A stretch of DNA of 64,000 nucleotides, taken from contig CM120647.1 in assembly GCA_051362555.1 (NCBI GenBank), positions 1,798,001-1,862,000 of the forward strand, in the 5' to 3' direction. The translations under genes and the position numbers were made by a program. Under the pieces are notes generated by a model. The model was not told the DNA's origin. It did not search any database and saw only the letters and a list, made by a program, of their open reading frames with translations. Position 1 is the stretch's first letter. Each line of letters begins with the position of its first letter. This DNA is from Lingula anatina. Lineage: Eukaryota > Animalia > Brachiopoda. Shown in pieces: positions 26,905 through 40,000 of the stretch.

Positions 26905-29008
26905 TTATTTTTTTTTTTTTTGCAGAATGTGACATTGATGATCTTTCCACAAGCTAAAGTATGTTATGTGGCTTCCCTGGACAAACGCGAGTCGCAAGAT
27001 CCAAAAGCAACCAATGCAGCCTTTCGAAAGTCAAATAAGCAGGTAGTTTTTCAGTCTTTACTTTTAACAGTTTAATATGCTTTCAATAAAAGACATGTAT
27101 ATTGCTACGATAAATGCAACTATGGGTCGACTGAATAGAAAAAAGGTATGATTGCTGTTAGGTAAAATAATCTACCATATATATATATATATATATATAT
27201 ATAACACTTCATCGTTGAGATACCTTACATAAAAAATCTTGTCCGGTGAGTGCTGAGGAAGTTTTGGACATCACTGGGACGAGGAATAGATCCAGATGGA
27301 CAGTGGTTCCAACAAGACAGGGCCATTCCCACACATCAAATGGCTCCCTAGCCTGGCTGAAAGAGTGGGCACCGCATTCGACGGACTTGAACCTCCCCAT
27401 ATATATATGGACTAGAGCTCGGACCTCTGCCAAGACAAATAGTTAATTAATAGCCCATTTTTGGTTTAACCTGAAAAATTGATCAAAATTCATCCATGAC
27501 TTTTTGAGTTAGGCTAACGACGAACAAGCAGGCAGACAGGCAAGCAAGCAAACAAACAAACAAAGGTGAAAACACAACATCCTTGGGGAAGGTTGTCACT
27601 AATACATCTTTTAAAACATCTTGTCAGATAGACCGTTGACAAATGTTACATGAGTGAGTGATGTCTTTATATCTAGGATGCGCCTGTAACCAGCATTGAA
27701 TCTGACACATATGTCCTAGATGGTGCTGAAGTTATAGTGGCTGACGTCCTTTCCCCTGACCTTGCCAAGCGATGTTCCGGAATGTCTGTCTCAAGAGTAA
27801 GACCAATGTCAGAGACATTTAGCTTCGACTCAGTGGGTAAATAATTTAACAGTGGTGGAATTGCTTAAGATATAAGAAGTAAACGCCATGTTATATATCA
27901 GTTATATGAAAATAATAGTGTAGATTTTATTTAATATTGAACTTTTTGAGATCAGTCTCATTAGCCGCGTGGATTTACTATGAGAGACAAAGTACCAATG
28001 TTCATTTATACTGTAAAAAGGAATTCATTTTTCAATAAACAACCACCCACTATTTTGATCTTGATGTGTAGTAAAAACTGTTACTCTGTGACCAACATTT
28101 CTATTCAGTTTCCGAACTCTTGATAATGATGAAATAATTGAAACTGAGCTATTGATAAAGAGGGCATCTATTAAGGCAGCCATTTTTATATTGACCAATT
28201 CCCATAATTAAAACTTCGCACGTTTAATATCAGGATTGTTGTTTGTATGTATTTCAGGTGAGACCACTCGCGTGAAGAGGTCATCTATAGACGAAGACCC
28301 TTGCTACATCTGCTTAAAGGAGAAATGCAAGGTTGAAAAAAATCACTGTCATTTCTACGTTATGTGTGGTATAAGAATCAATGACAAGGGCGAGCGAGAA
28401 CCTGATTGCAGAAAAATGCAAAGGGTAAGAACAAAGCGTACTGTTTAATACTACGTGTTCCTTTCTGGTACATTCAGCTAGTCTTTTCTGTGCCATATTT
28501 ATATACAGACACTGTGTTTGCCCTTGTCGTCGCCACCCGGCACACCTTTGTTAACCATACCTGCCAAACTGTAATTTTAGTTCACTTACTGAGTGGCATT
28601 GTTGGTAGTAAAGCAAGTCTCCTTCGAAATTCATCTTGATCGGATTATTTAAAAAAAATGGATTTTTGGCAAGTAATTCTCCTTACAAGAGCCAAATCGT
28701 ATTTTGGTTTTACTTCATATTGAATGACTTTGTGTAGTATAAATATATATTTGCCAGGTTTTTTCACTAGTCAACCTTTAAAAAAACAGTATTGTAAGTA
28801 AAGCTCTAATACAGTATTCCACAGCGATTTTTTTTTTTTTGTCTTTTAGATTCACAAATTTACCGACATTGTGAAGTGTGAAACTTGTTGCGACTTAAAC
28901 CACCTGGTAGCCTTACCCCCAATCCCAATGCTTAAATTTCCCGGAGGAAATTTTCCCTGTCGTGACACCGCTATGCTCGGAAAAACAAGTGGCTATTCTG
29001 CCTGCTGA
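26159..29008 (+). CDS. Secreted BRICHOS-domain precursor with furin-type site and Cys-rich C-terminal peptide (286 aa)
   Basis: Phase-compatible GT-AG exons 26159-26275, 26498-26638, 26926-27042, 27677-27836, 28258-28424, 28850-29008. Signal peptide MNILVVIVSCICTASA; BRICHOS hallmarks FVYDF, KVCYV, KRCSG; RVKR; AATAAA at 29484. Confidence 0.85.
26823..26900. repeat. (TA)n microsatellite abutting the polypyrimidine tract of BRICHOS coding exon 3
   Basis: Direct reading; a shorter (TA)n is at 27178-27203. Confidence 0.95.
27411..27593 (+). mobile_element. Degenerate HINE-like element in a BRICHOS intron
   Basis: 5' ACCTCTGCCAAG, (CAAA/CAGG)n tract, 3' AAAACACAACATCCTTGGGGAAGGT; same family as 12043-12230. 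Confidence 0.55.
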
Positions 29009-32000
29009 AAACCATAGATTACCCGGCTTGAGGAGAAATCCCCCACCGACAATCAAACCAGATCCAAGTTAATAGTGCTAGAACAAACAGCTTCAATAGT
29101 AACTTAAGTGACGTTGTCTTTTATATCCCGACATGTACGATGACAAGCACTGCCTATCTATAAATGATGCTATTTTAAATCAAAATAGTTCATTACATAT
29201 GATTACACTATGGCTTTTATATGTAGAAGTTTGTTTAGATAACAATTGTCTTTAAAAAAAGCAGCTTAAAATTAGCACACTGACGGCCACATAGTTTAAA
29301 CGTGATTATATCTAAACATAAGTAGTAGGCATCGCTTTAAGTCTGCCTCAACTATTTGTAAGCAAATACATGTATCGGTTCAAGCCAATATGCTGAACAT
29401 GTTCAAATGCTATCCTTGTAACACAATCCTGTATTCCTCGTTTAGTTTTTCTCCATCTGGCTGCTAATAGAATTTTAAGATATAATAAATACTGTTTTTC
29501 ATCAGAAAGTTCCTATTTTGCTTTAAAACTTTTACTAAAATCTCTCCTTCTCTCTCTGTCACTCTCCCTGGGGTCCCTAAAAATTTTTTAAATAATAGCA
29601 AAGGAATACAATAGATACTATTTCAATTTGTAAGCAGAGTAAAATATTCTTATGCCACTTTCATAAATATCTACTCGCAATTCTTGTTTACCATAAACAA
29701 AACAATGACTCAAAAAAGATATAGATACAAACCCGTTTCCGTGTTACCTGTTAACATTTTAACTAGTGGATATTCAAGCAACCAAACGAAATATGTTATA
29801 ACGTTTAAATTTTAGAATAATCCAGTGGCAGCTGGTTGTACATTTCTGACTACAGCTTCACTTGTATCAAATTCCCCTGACATTTTCTTCATTCGGTCTG
29901 GTATACTGTGCATGGTGTTTCCCCACATTACGAAGAATTCTGATGTAAACTGTTCAAAATTGCAAAGCCACTATTTAATGTCCATTGTACCAAAAGTAAA
30001 AAATGGAATCTGCTGACATGCACAAGAGAATGTACTGTAAGAGCGCCTTGGACCAGATGTCTTCAATTCGGCTTTTAGAGAACTGTGGTGGCGAATTTAA
30101 AACCAAAGTAAAAAGTAGTTTCTGCACAATTTCATGAAGTTTTAAAAAACTTTAAGATAACATCTTGGATTGGTTTTGCGTGGACTTTACTTCCAGATGA
30201 GAACGCTCTCCAGACGCAGGCAAGCACTTTAAAGTATCTAAGACCCCATTCCCACAGATTTTAGATCGATCTATCCCTGTGGGGATTCTCACTAAATTAC
30301 TGTCAGCTTAGCCGGCTTAAGCGTCTGTCCCGAAGATATTTTGCACTTGTGTAAGTAATCCACTTTTTGATAAACCCTGTAGTGCATGACAGTCTCATTC
30401 TAGTGAAAAACGTTTCAATTCAATTGACAAGAAATGAATTATTTTTTGAAAGAAGTAATGAAAACACAAAATGAAAAATAAAAGAAAATAAAAAAAAAGC
30501 CTAAGATTACAAAATGAATTTCCAGATAGGGATTGTCCAATTATAACCGTTTTACGTAACAATTCACTTTTCTGCACAAAAAAAGTAAAATTTGATGACA
30601 GAGACAGAAGAGGGTTGGATTTCCCTGATCTCTCAACTGTTGCAGAGGAGAGCAATAAGTCACGTTTCCATTTGTCAGACGTACTTGAGAACATCACTCA
30701 GTTTAAAGCAGGGCACATAGGTACATACGCAGGTCGTGCTCTGTAAATTACCTTCAACAGAACAATGCAGAGTTATTTACGACAGAGGTTGACGATGACA
30801 TTACGCACACTAAATTTACATGAAATAAACTAATCCACTGGCAACAAGCAAAATCGTATTAAAAATATCAAATTTATTGATAGTATGCATTAGCTGGGGC
30901 GGGTAGAGGCCGTCTTCTGGGTCTTCCGTCGGAAGACGGTCAGAAAAGGAGGATGGGTCAGCAAAGATAATTTGGAAGACTGCCAGAAATAGCCCTGATA
31001 ACTCATTATAAACTCCCTACTAACACGATTTAGAGGATGTTAATGCCTCTCTTATAAGTGTTTCAAACAATATCATGAAAGATTTCCAGTTAATCTATTT
31101 ATTAAGTAGTCAATTGCAACAAAAATGGGGGCAAGCACAAATGTTTTATATGAAGGATCGCATAAGACGTGACTCAATGATCGTATCAATTCAAGTTCGA
31201 TCAGTTTCACTGATATCCTGAGATCACGTTTGGTTTCACCTTTGACGTTACAGAGCACGACGAGATCCACGACTGTTCACACCTTGGCGGTTGCAGGTTT
31301 GAGTAGTCTTTACTATTTCAGTGCGGACTGTGGAGTTGCCCCAGATGCTGTAAGAACATATGAAAAGTCTTGAGAAGCAGGGACCCAAGACAGGAAGGGG
31401 ATTCATCAAAGGACAAAACGTACGACTGGTAAAGCAATAGCGGCGACGCAACTTTTGTGAAAAATAAAACCTTTCTGTCTGATAATCCCACCGAGAAGGT
31501 AGCACATTTTGATGAAATTGTAGATTGACATGCAAGGCCCCATACGGGGTTACCTATAGCTCAATTCAAGTTTGATCTGTAGCGTAGTCGGTAAAAGATA
31601 AAGATTAATGACCATTCACACTAATGACCAGCAATATGTTATTTTTAAATGTTTTTTTTTATCGATCACTTGTTTTAAATTATGTCGTTTTATACATTTA
31701 TATGATTTCATTATATTTTTTTATACAGTACATATATGTTTTTATCATTTTTACAGACCATCTCAGACACATTTTTGTCCTGTCTCATCCAAGTACACGT
31801 AAACGGTTTGGTAAGTCAATAATTCTTTCTTCATTATGAACCAACTGTCAATTTCATTTACGTCCTTTAAAAAACAATGCAGTAAAAACATTCATAAAAT
31901 ATACACTACAGGGGTGGATCCAGGATTGTTTGAAGGGGGTCCACGGATGTGACCCCCCATCTTTGGCATGAGGTTCGGTATTTTAGAGGGCGATGATGCC

Positions 32001-32488
32001 ATTTGCTACGATTTACAATTGTAACTCGCCTAGTCAAAATTCCTATTTCGAAAGGATGTCATTGGTTCGTTTTCTTTTTTTCAGAAATTGAAGGAAGGGG
32101 GTCATCCCCCCCACTAAATCTGCAACTAATACATTTAGTTACCCAGGTAACAAACCAAATTGCCATATTTAATGTATTTCTGTTCTCATACTCTTCTGTT
32201 TTTCATTTACAGGCCATCTCAGTCACTTTTTGTGCTGTCCTCCAAAGTACACATTTACAGTGTGGTAAGTCACCAAAGTTTTCTTCGCTATTGATCAACT
32301 CTCAATGTCATTTGTTTTCTTTAAAAAACGAGGTAAAGATAAATTAAGTATACTTATAAAGTGTGGTTTTTCATCTTTCTTCAACACTATACAATGGGAT
32401 ACAATATATTATGGTCTGTAAGGGATAGCAAAGATATGTATTTACTGACTCTGGTGACAAGATTTATCTGTATCTAATCTTAGATGAA

Positions 32489-33340
32489 ATGTGGCATTAT
32501 AAATATATTCCACATAATATTCCAATTTGCAATGTGCACTCTGCTCTAGAAGAAGATATCATTATTCCTCAACTCTCCCCTGCAGAGAAAGAAAAATATC
32601 TTTATGTATCCGGATGGGCAATAATGCAGGTCAGAAAAGAAATACATTCTTCCATAAGGCGGCTGTTGAATAGAAAGATACTTGCGCTAAAACAACATTT
32701 AATGCTATAAAAGGGTTATAATAAATTCATTAAATTTTTTGGCAAAGATGTACCTTTACCCAACCGTTTTACACATACAGACACCTCGAAATACACGTTC
32801 AAAATTTCTCAAATTTGTTAAGTATTCTTTATTTACATCCATTTATTTTCAAAAGTAATAAATAAATAAAGAAACATTGGACCTGTACAAAAGTAAATTC
32901 AAATTGCAGTAAAAAAACTTGTCATATGCAAACAGTTACGATTGAAGTATTTTGACATGCTTAAGCAAAGACAAAACAACGAACAAATTGATATTACATC
33001 CAAAATTCATGTTCTTCCTAAAATTGTCATCAATCTTTGTAATTCAAAAGCAAATACATTACTAGAACCACAAAATGTTAAACCAAAAAAAAAAAAAAGA
33101 AAGCATTTCTTTGAGATGTATAATACTGCCCTCAATAAAAGAGCCAATCGCCCAAAACCCAGAATCCTCATATAGACGAAAACTTGGACAATCCAGTTGT
33201 GGCGAAAAAGACACAGAAGACAAAATGATTATTTGCGATGGTAAGCTTTGTCCCAATGGCTGGTGCCATTACTCATGTGTGAACTAAATGGAGGAAACAA
33301 TTCCTAAAGGAAATTGTTTCTGTGAAATTTGTCAAAATTC
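32489..33340 (+). pseudogene. Decayed ORF ending in a PHD finger, probably part of the adjacent P-like element
   Basis: KYLYVSGWAI motif; CGEKDTEDKMIICDGKLCPNGWCHYSCVN*..IPKGNCFCEICQ fits C4HC3 with a stop. Confidence 0.6.
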
Positions 33341-33920
33341 AAGAAAAGAAAAAGTTCAAAAAACAGATCGACAGCCAATATTACGAAAAACAAAAAATAG
33401 TTTGTGTGTTTAAAGGGATAAGAACTGTTCATTTTGGCCAATACATGGAACCTTCAATGTCCTTGTGCAGTTACTGTGAGAGCCGGAGGAAAACACATGT
33501 ACATGTCATGCAGGTTTTGGTCTTTTCCAACGTGTGATGTATATTGTGTCTCATAGAAATGCCATTTGCATGTTGCCCGTGTCTTTCAATTTGATACGAG
33601 GCGTCCATTTCCTTATGTCCCCCTGAAATCATAAAAAAAAACAATATGTATTATCCTTTATTAAAATTAAAAAAATATTGTTAACATGTGGAATGCTCAA
33701 TTATATATAAATGTAAAATCTACATAACTGTCTCTCTTCCAATGTAAGATACGGTATTAGATTCTGTTTTTATGATCTTGATTAATATTGATTAACTTTA
33801 AGTTTGAATATTTTATCATGCTACATGTACCAGGTCTTTATTGCCTTTCACTCACGATAGCCAATAAAGGTAATACCTAAATTATAAAAAATATATTAAC
33901 TTTTATTCATTACTTTATAG

Positions 33921-36900
33921 GTTACACGTAAAAACGGAAAAGCAATGGATCAGCAACACAAACTGGATAACACAACCCTAAAAGAAATAGTCACTACCAA
34001 ATTCCCAGGACTTCTTATGAAATTTCAAAAAACCTTTACATAGCAAGATTTACTCAAGACCATCCTTTCTGCGCAGAAAAAGGCATAGCCATCAATGAGA
34101 AAAGGAAATGGACAATACATTCAAATAACAAAAACCTGGAAAAGCCGGATTTTTTAGGAGAAATACCTGCTTGCATCAGTGATACCCAACACCTGATTGA
34201 AATACTTAAAAAAAAACTTGACTGGACTCCACCATGTCCTGGCCTCCCTTATGGCACATATTCAGATTTAATAGCAAAAAGATGTGGGGATGATAAGATG
34301 ATGGGTAAGTCAGGGCCACTAGCCAATGTTAACATCAGTACAAAACAAATACATTCCAGTAAATGCCTAAATATTTATTACCCAAAGGATTAAGAAATGT
34401 GTAAGCCTTGCAAATCATTAATATCACCTTTACTTAACATCAACAGAAATTTAACTCATGAATATGCCGATTTTAAAAACTATGCCTATTGTACAAAAGC
34501 TGAACTTTCCCATCGCCTTAATAAAAGTTCTCTTTCCATCAAAAATCTAAAATCTAAACTTTCTTATGTACAAAATGCAAATAAAAACATGCAAGCACAA
34601 AGGGATAAGCAATGGATCAGCAAATGGATAATACAACCCTAAAAGAAACTATCAAGACCAAATTTCCAGAATGGACTTTTTATGAAATTTCCAATGTGAA
34701 AAACCTTTACACAGCAAGATTTAATCAAATCCACCCATTCCGTGCAGAAAAAGGCATCGCCATGAGAAAAGGGAATGGACAATACATTCATATCACAAAA
34801 ACCTGGAGAAGCCAGCCTTTTTTTAGAAGAAATACCTGCTTGCATCAGTGATACCCAACACCTGATTGAAATACTTAAAAAAACTTGACTGGACTCCACC
34901 ATGTCCTGGCCTCCCTTATGGCACATATTCAGATTTAATAGCAAACAGATGTGGGGATGATAAGATGATGGGTAAGTCAGGAGCACTAGCCAATGTTAAC
35001 ATCAGTGCAAAGCAAATCAATGCTAGTAAATGTCATAATATTTATTTGCCAAAAGATTAAGTCACGTGGAAGCCTTGCAAATCATTAATATCATCATTAC
35101 ATAGCATCCACAGAAATTTAAATCATGAACATGCCGATTTTAAAAACTACGGCTATTGTACAAAATCCGAACTTTCTCATCGCCTGCATTAAAATTCTTT
35201 TTTCCATTAAAAAATCTAAAAGCAAAACTTTCTCAAGTACAAAATACATATAAAAACATGCAGGCACTTAATACAGAAGACAGCAGCGACTTGTAAACAG
35301 TGTTTTCCAAAATATCAAATGATTTCAAGCAAGCACAGCCGACAAAACATTACAAATCCTGCAAATGGCAAGCATCCACGCATGCAGAAATTTCCCCTAC
35401 AATAGATGCCACCCTGGAACACATCAGTCAAGCAAACATTAGATCACAAAATCAATCAGATCTCCCACCCATTAAGAAAAAATACATTTATAAATGGGAT
35501 GACTATACACACAAATATTTTAGCTGTAAACCAACCATACTTACTCACATAAAAGAAAAGCATGCAGGGAAACCAGAGGATGTCTTTTTGGAAATTTTAC
35601 TACAATACCAACAAAAAGCAATCACTACTAAATCACAACAATTGAGATGGCATCCTCAAATCGTAAAATTCTTCCTGGCAAAACACAATACAAACAAATG
35701 CGCAAATCAGGGTACATAAGACTACCAAGCAGCAGAACACAACAAAATTTTCGGCACTTCAACATGACAGAATCAGGGTGGCATCCTGAAAACATAGCAA
35801 ACATGCACTCACAATAGCAAAAATTAAATCTTTCAGCAGTAGACCAAGTGGGTGCACTGTCGATTGATGAGGTTTTAAATTAAAGAGGGACTTGTCTGGT
35901 CTGCAAAAACTAATGGGCTGGTAGGGGATTGTAAACTTGAACACAGCAGAAGTTAAATATCCCTCTTATTCAGCTCCCTCATCTTCACCATTGCAGCCAC
36001 TTGGCTCACGCATCGCCCAATTCTTTTTCATTCACCACATTTTCATATCCTGTGGCTTACTTTATCTCCAACACCATGACAGGAACCATCATCAATCATC
36101 TTTTCTGGAAAGGGGTCAAACTTATTCACCTTCACAGATTTACAACTCTTCTGGCCATCTGCGATGGCGCTTCTGAGAATAGGAGATTCATGAGAATTAA
36201 TTCAAGACCAATAGAACCAATTAGTGACTTGACACACGACCATAAATGAAATAACCAATCAACCACTATTTTTTATTTCTGGTCCACCCCATCTCATTAA
36301 AAAACTACACAACAATCTACACTCCAGTGGTGCCTCTGACAGACATACACACCTACTAACACATTCTGGAAAAACAATTGTTTGGGAGCACTTCATACAA
36401 GCATACCGAAGAGACAGAGACAGACCAGTTCAATTAACAAAACTAAAATATAGTCATGCATTCATCAATGATTTCACAAAAATGAGTGTCAAACTTGCAG
36501 CGCAGACACTTGCATCAGAGGTATCACAAGAAATGGAACAACATGTCAATTGACATACAGTAATGACACAACAGTACAACAACATGTCACTTATCATTTA
36601 TGCCATCTTTAATTCCACAGAGCCCCTTTCCAGCCCAAATGACCCCAGATCTGTTCAACTTGCAACAGCATGCATATGGTTCTTGGAATGGAAAAATGTC
36701 GAAACAACTTAATTACTACACAAGAGCTGAAATGAAAAAGCGATCCGTTACGTACCAAACCATGGAAGACCTGCAAATTAGTGTGACCGGCTTCAAAGAC
36801 CTACTTACCTATATTTCTAGTGAAATTTTTCAAAAGGAATATCTATATTGCTACATCATACCAAAAAGATTGAGCCAAGATGTAGTTGAAAATTGATTCT

Positions 36901-37100
36901 CGTTACCAAGGGGTTGTGGTGGAAGTAACCGAAATATGGCGGCTTATCACTACGGCTGCAACAATAATATGATGCAATGGGCCCTCACTTGCAGAAAACT
37001 CTTCAGAGCATCTACACACCATGAAGAACTCGGGGAAGAAATACCAAAGAATAAGAAAAGGGAAGCCCACGGTACTGAAATGTGGCCTGTTTATTTATGA
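33921..37100 (+). pseudogene. Degenerate P-element/THAP9-like transposase
   Basis: Fragmented frames: LRWHPQIVKF, YIRLPS, GLVWS, FSYPVAYF, AICDGASENRRFM, PPHLIKKLHNN, KMSVKLAAQTL, RLSQDVVEN*FS..RGCGG; many stops and frameshifts. Confidence 0.8.
33940..35268 (+). repeat. ~667-bp tandem duplication in the 5' part of the P-like transposase
   Basis: AAGCAATGGATCAGCAA at ~33940 and 34607; ATAAAAACATGCA(A/G)GCAC ends both copies. Confidence 0.9.
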
Positions 37101-40000
37101 TTTATTACTTCAGAGCTTTATAAAGTGTAGCTCTTAGGGGCCACAGAAAAACGAGGCAAATGACAACGGGCATATTCCTTTTACCTGAGCTTTATTTGAA
37201 ACAGCCTCAGCTTGAAACAGCCGTGTAACTAAAACAAAGAAAATACAACTGTCACTTATTTGTCTAGCTGGTATCACCACTTACTTCTCACATAACATCT
37301 GAGTTTATGAAAATACAATTATTAACTTGGTTATTAATTAATAAAACTATATAATATAAACAGAGAAATGCTGGTAATATACATTGTGTACAAAATTGGC
37401 ATAAACATCTTACCATTATTCCTCTACTGGGTAAATACATAAATAATGCCACTGCATTTCTGCACTTCTGCACTCCTCTGCAGCACACACCTAACTGACC
37501 CACACACTCCTGGGTGTGACAACTAGGACTGTTCACTTATGCTAATGAGGTCCTGTTATTAAAGAAATGTGATAGATGTGCTTGCTCAGCATATCTGATG
37601 CAATAAACCATAAGTTTAATACAATCATTTTGGTTCTTACATAAAGTTTTCCAGTGGTCTGCTACGGTATCTAAGGAATTGCTTTTTCATTTCAGTAATT
37701 ACCATATTTTCTTTTTTATTCATATCATTAACATATAATTTGTTTTAATTTTTAAGCTTACACAAATTTGTCAATAAATGGCGAAATCTCATCCCTGACA
37801 AAGGCTAGCATGTGCAGACTTGTATCTTTCACTACTGCACTACTTGTATTATAAAATTACCACCATACTTTAGATCGATTTGACATTGGCTGGTGGTTAT
37901 GATTTACCCATTGTTTTTCACCTACACTTGCAATAAATTATGCTGAATATGTTCATAAGGGATGTCAGATCTTGGTCCTTTTTATGACTACTTTCATCAA
38001 GAATAATTCCAATGGGGACTGGGTGTCACTGATGCTGGTTATTTCCTATAACAAACATTATACCTTTCAGTCAAATAATTTTTGTCCATTTATTTTCATC
38101 ATTGATGGCTTTCACATACTAATTGAGTATAGTATAGTTTACTTTTTTTATTTTCAAATGTAACCCCGTATATTTTTAAACTATATGTATTACATCGTAA
38201 TTGTAAGGATAAAGTTAAAGTTCATAAAGTTCTATTCACATCTGTAATTTCAAAATATAATGCACCTTGCCAAGCCAATTTTTGCACATTGAGATTTGTT
38301 TATGTTCTGTTCTCTATTACATGTAGTATAAATTTATATATTGGAAATAGCGTTGAATCAATGTAATAAAAATAAATTGTCATATATGCTTAGGTACATC
38401 ATAATACTATATTTACAAGTATTGAAATGAAAATTACCCATTATATAAAAATGGGAAGTTTTCAAAAGTCTATCCAGTAATAAAACGATAAATAAATGAT
38501 TTGCCAATTATGTGTTCAGCGGCTGATATCAATACATTTTCGTTAATAATCAAACCAAGTAAGAGATAAATAATATATAATAATGTAATAAAATAAGTAT
38601 AAATATCTCATGAGGATAAAATATGTTGAAATGGAAGATTTAAAAAAGTTAAAATCAATCAATTAAAATATTTAATATAAATTTTACTATTTTCTAATCC
38701 CGCATGGGACACGACGGATTTGTGATTGTCAAACGCCAACTAGTCATAGTTGTTTACCTGGAAGGAAGTTACCATGGATAATGACGTAACAATGAGTGGT
38801 CAAGCACTAATTGGTGTCAAGGTTACCAACCAATACCCGTAGCTGACGGTTAGGCTCGCCATAATCATGTAAGTAGCGCGTTTCCACCCCATGAGACTGC
38901 CCTATCCGAAGGCCATGTCGTTGTCGTGATGGAATGACGTGCGTCATCTGCCCGGGATTCCAACTCGTGACTTCTTGTTACCATGGTTGATGACGCTTTG
39001 GATTGTTTTCTTGCATCCATACACGCTACCGACTGCGGCGTGACTGACCCACCCACCCTCTGTACGTATGCGTTTTTAAGTTTGAATACATAATTTTCAT
39101 TTTTACATTTTAGTACATTGAAATAATTTTAATTAATATTAAAATTAACTTTTTTTAGGCTTTGTTCATGAAAAACGAGACATTCAAAATCTAACAAAAT
39201 GGCTATAAAGTTCGAACAATTGATTTATCCTTATAGGGGGCAGTATATGATATAACCTAGAAGTCAAAGGTATATATCTATGGCTGCCCAGAACCATGGT
39301 AATCATTAATTAACAATTTAACCTCAAAATAACTTAAAAGAACGTGAAAAAGAAAACAAGACCAAGGTGTACTTTAAATTTTTATAGAAATGAACAGTAT
39401 ATCACAAGATCATAGTTGATTCATTGACTTTTCATTTGTTACAACAGCGAGACGGTTATAATGATGATCGCTCTCTCTCTCTCTCTCTCTTTGTGGGGGC
39501 ATTGAATGTTATCTACAAGTGCGGAAATAATCTAACCTATAAAGTAATAAATAAAAGTAAATATATTTTTTTATTATTTAGGTTTTACCTTTATTAGCTA
39601 TCATGAGCGAAAGGTAATTAAGACTTGGTACATGTAGCATGATAAATTCAAATTAAAAGTTTTTATTCAACCAGTTATATTAATCAAGATAATAAAAATT
39701 TGAAGTTATCATTTGCCATTTCTATTAAATATACTTCAAACCATGTCTCCTTTTAAGACACTACAGGTCAGCAAAGCATATGCTATGAGAATGAGACTTA
39801 AACATTATTTACTAGTATATTACAGTGTACATGTACACCGTGAAATGCCAGTATAAAATATGTTCATTTACATCGTATAAAACGTTGTACATTGTGAAAA
39901 GTAACATTTTTGTTTCTCAGCGGGTTTCTCAGCTACTGCTTAGATACTATGTCATAAAGGTCACTTCAAAGATCATTATAACAATATGTGAGCAGTATAT

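Noticed and set aside
26769-26957. IYIYIY ORFs
   Set aside because: (TA)n microsatellite.
28236-28448. Stand-alone 70-aa Cys-rich ORF ending VRTKRTV
   Set aside because: It is BRICHOS coding exon 5 read into the intron; a strong donor at 28425 and an in-phase final exon exist.
29820-31560. Coding-like stretches and a GTCTTCCGTCGGAAGAC hairpin near 30920-30940
   Set aside because: No sustained frame or recognisable motif; cannot be assigned without a search.
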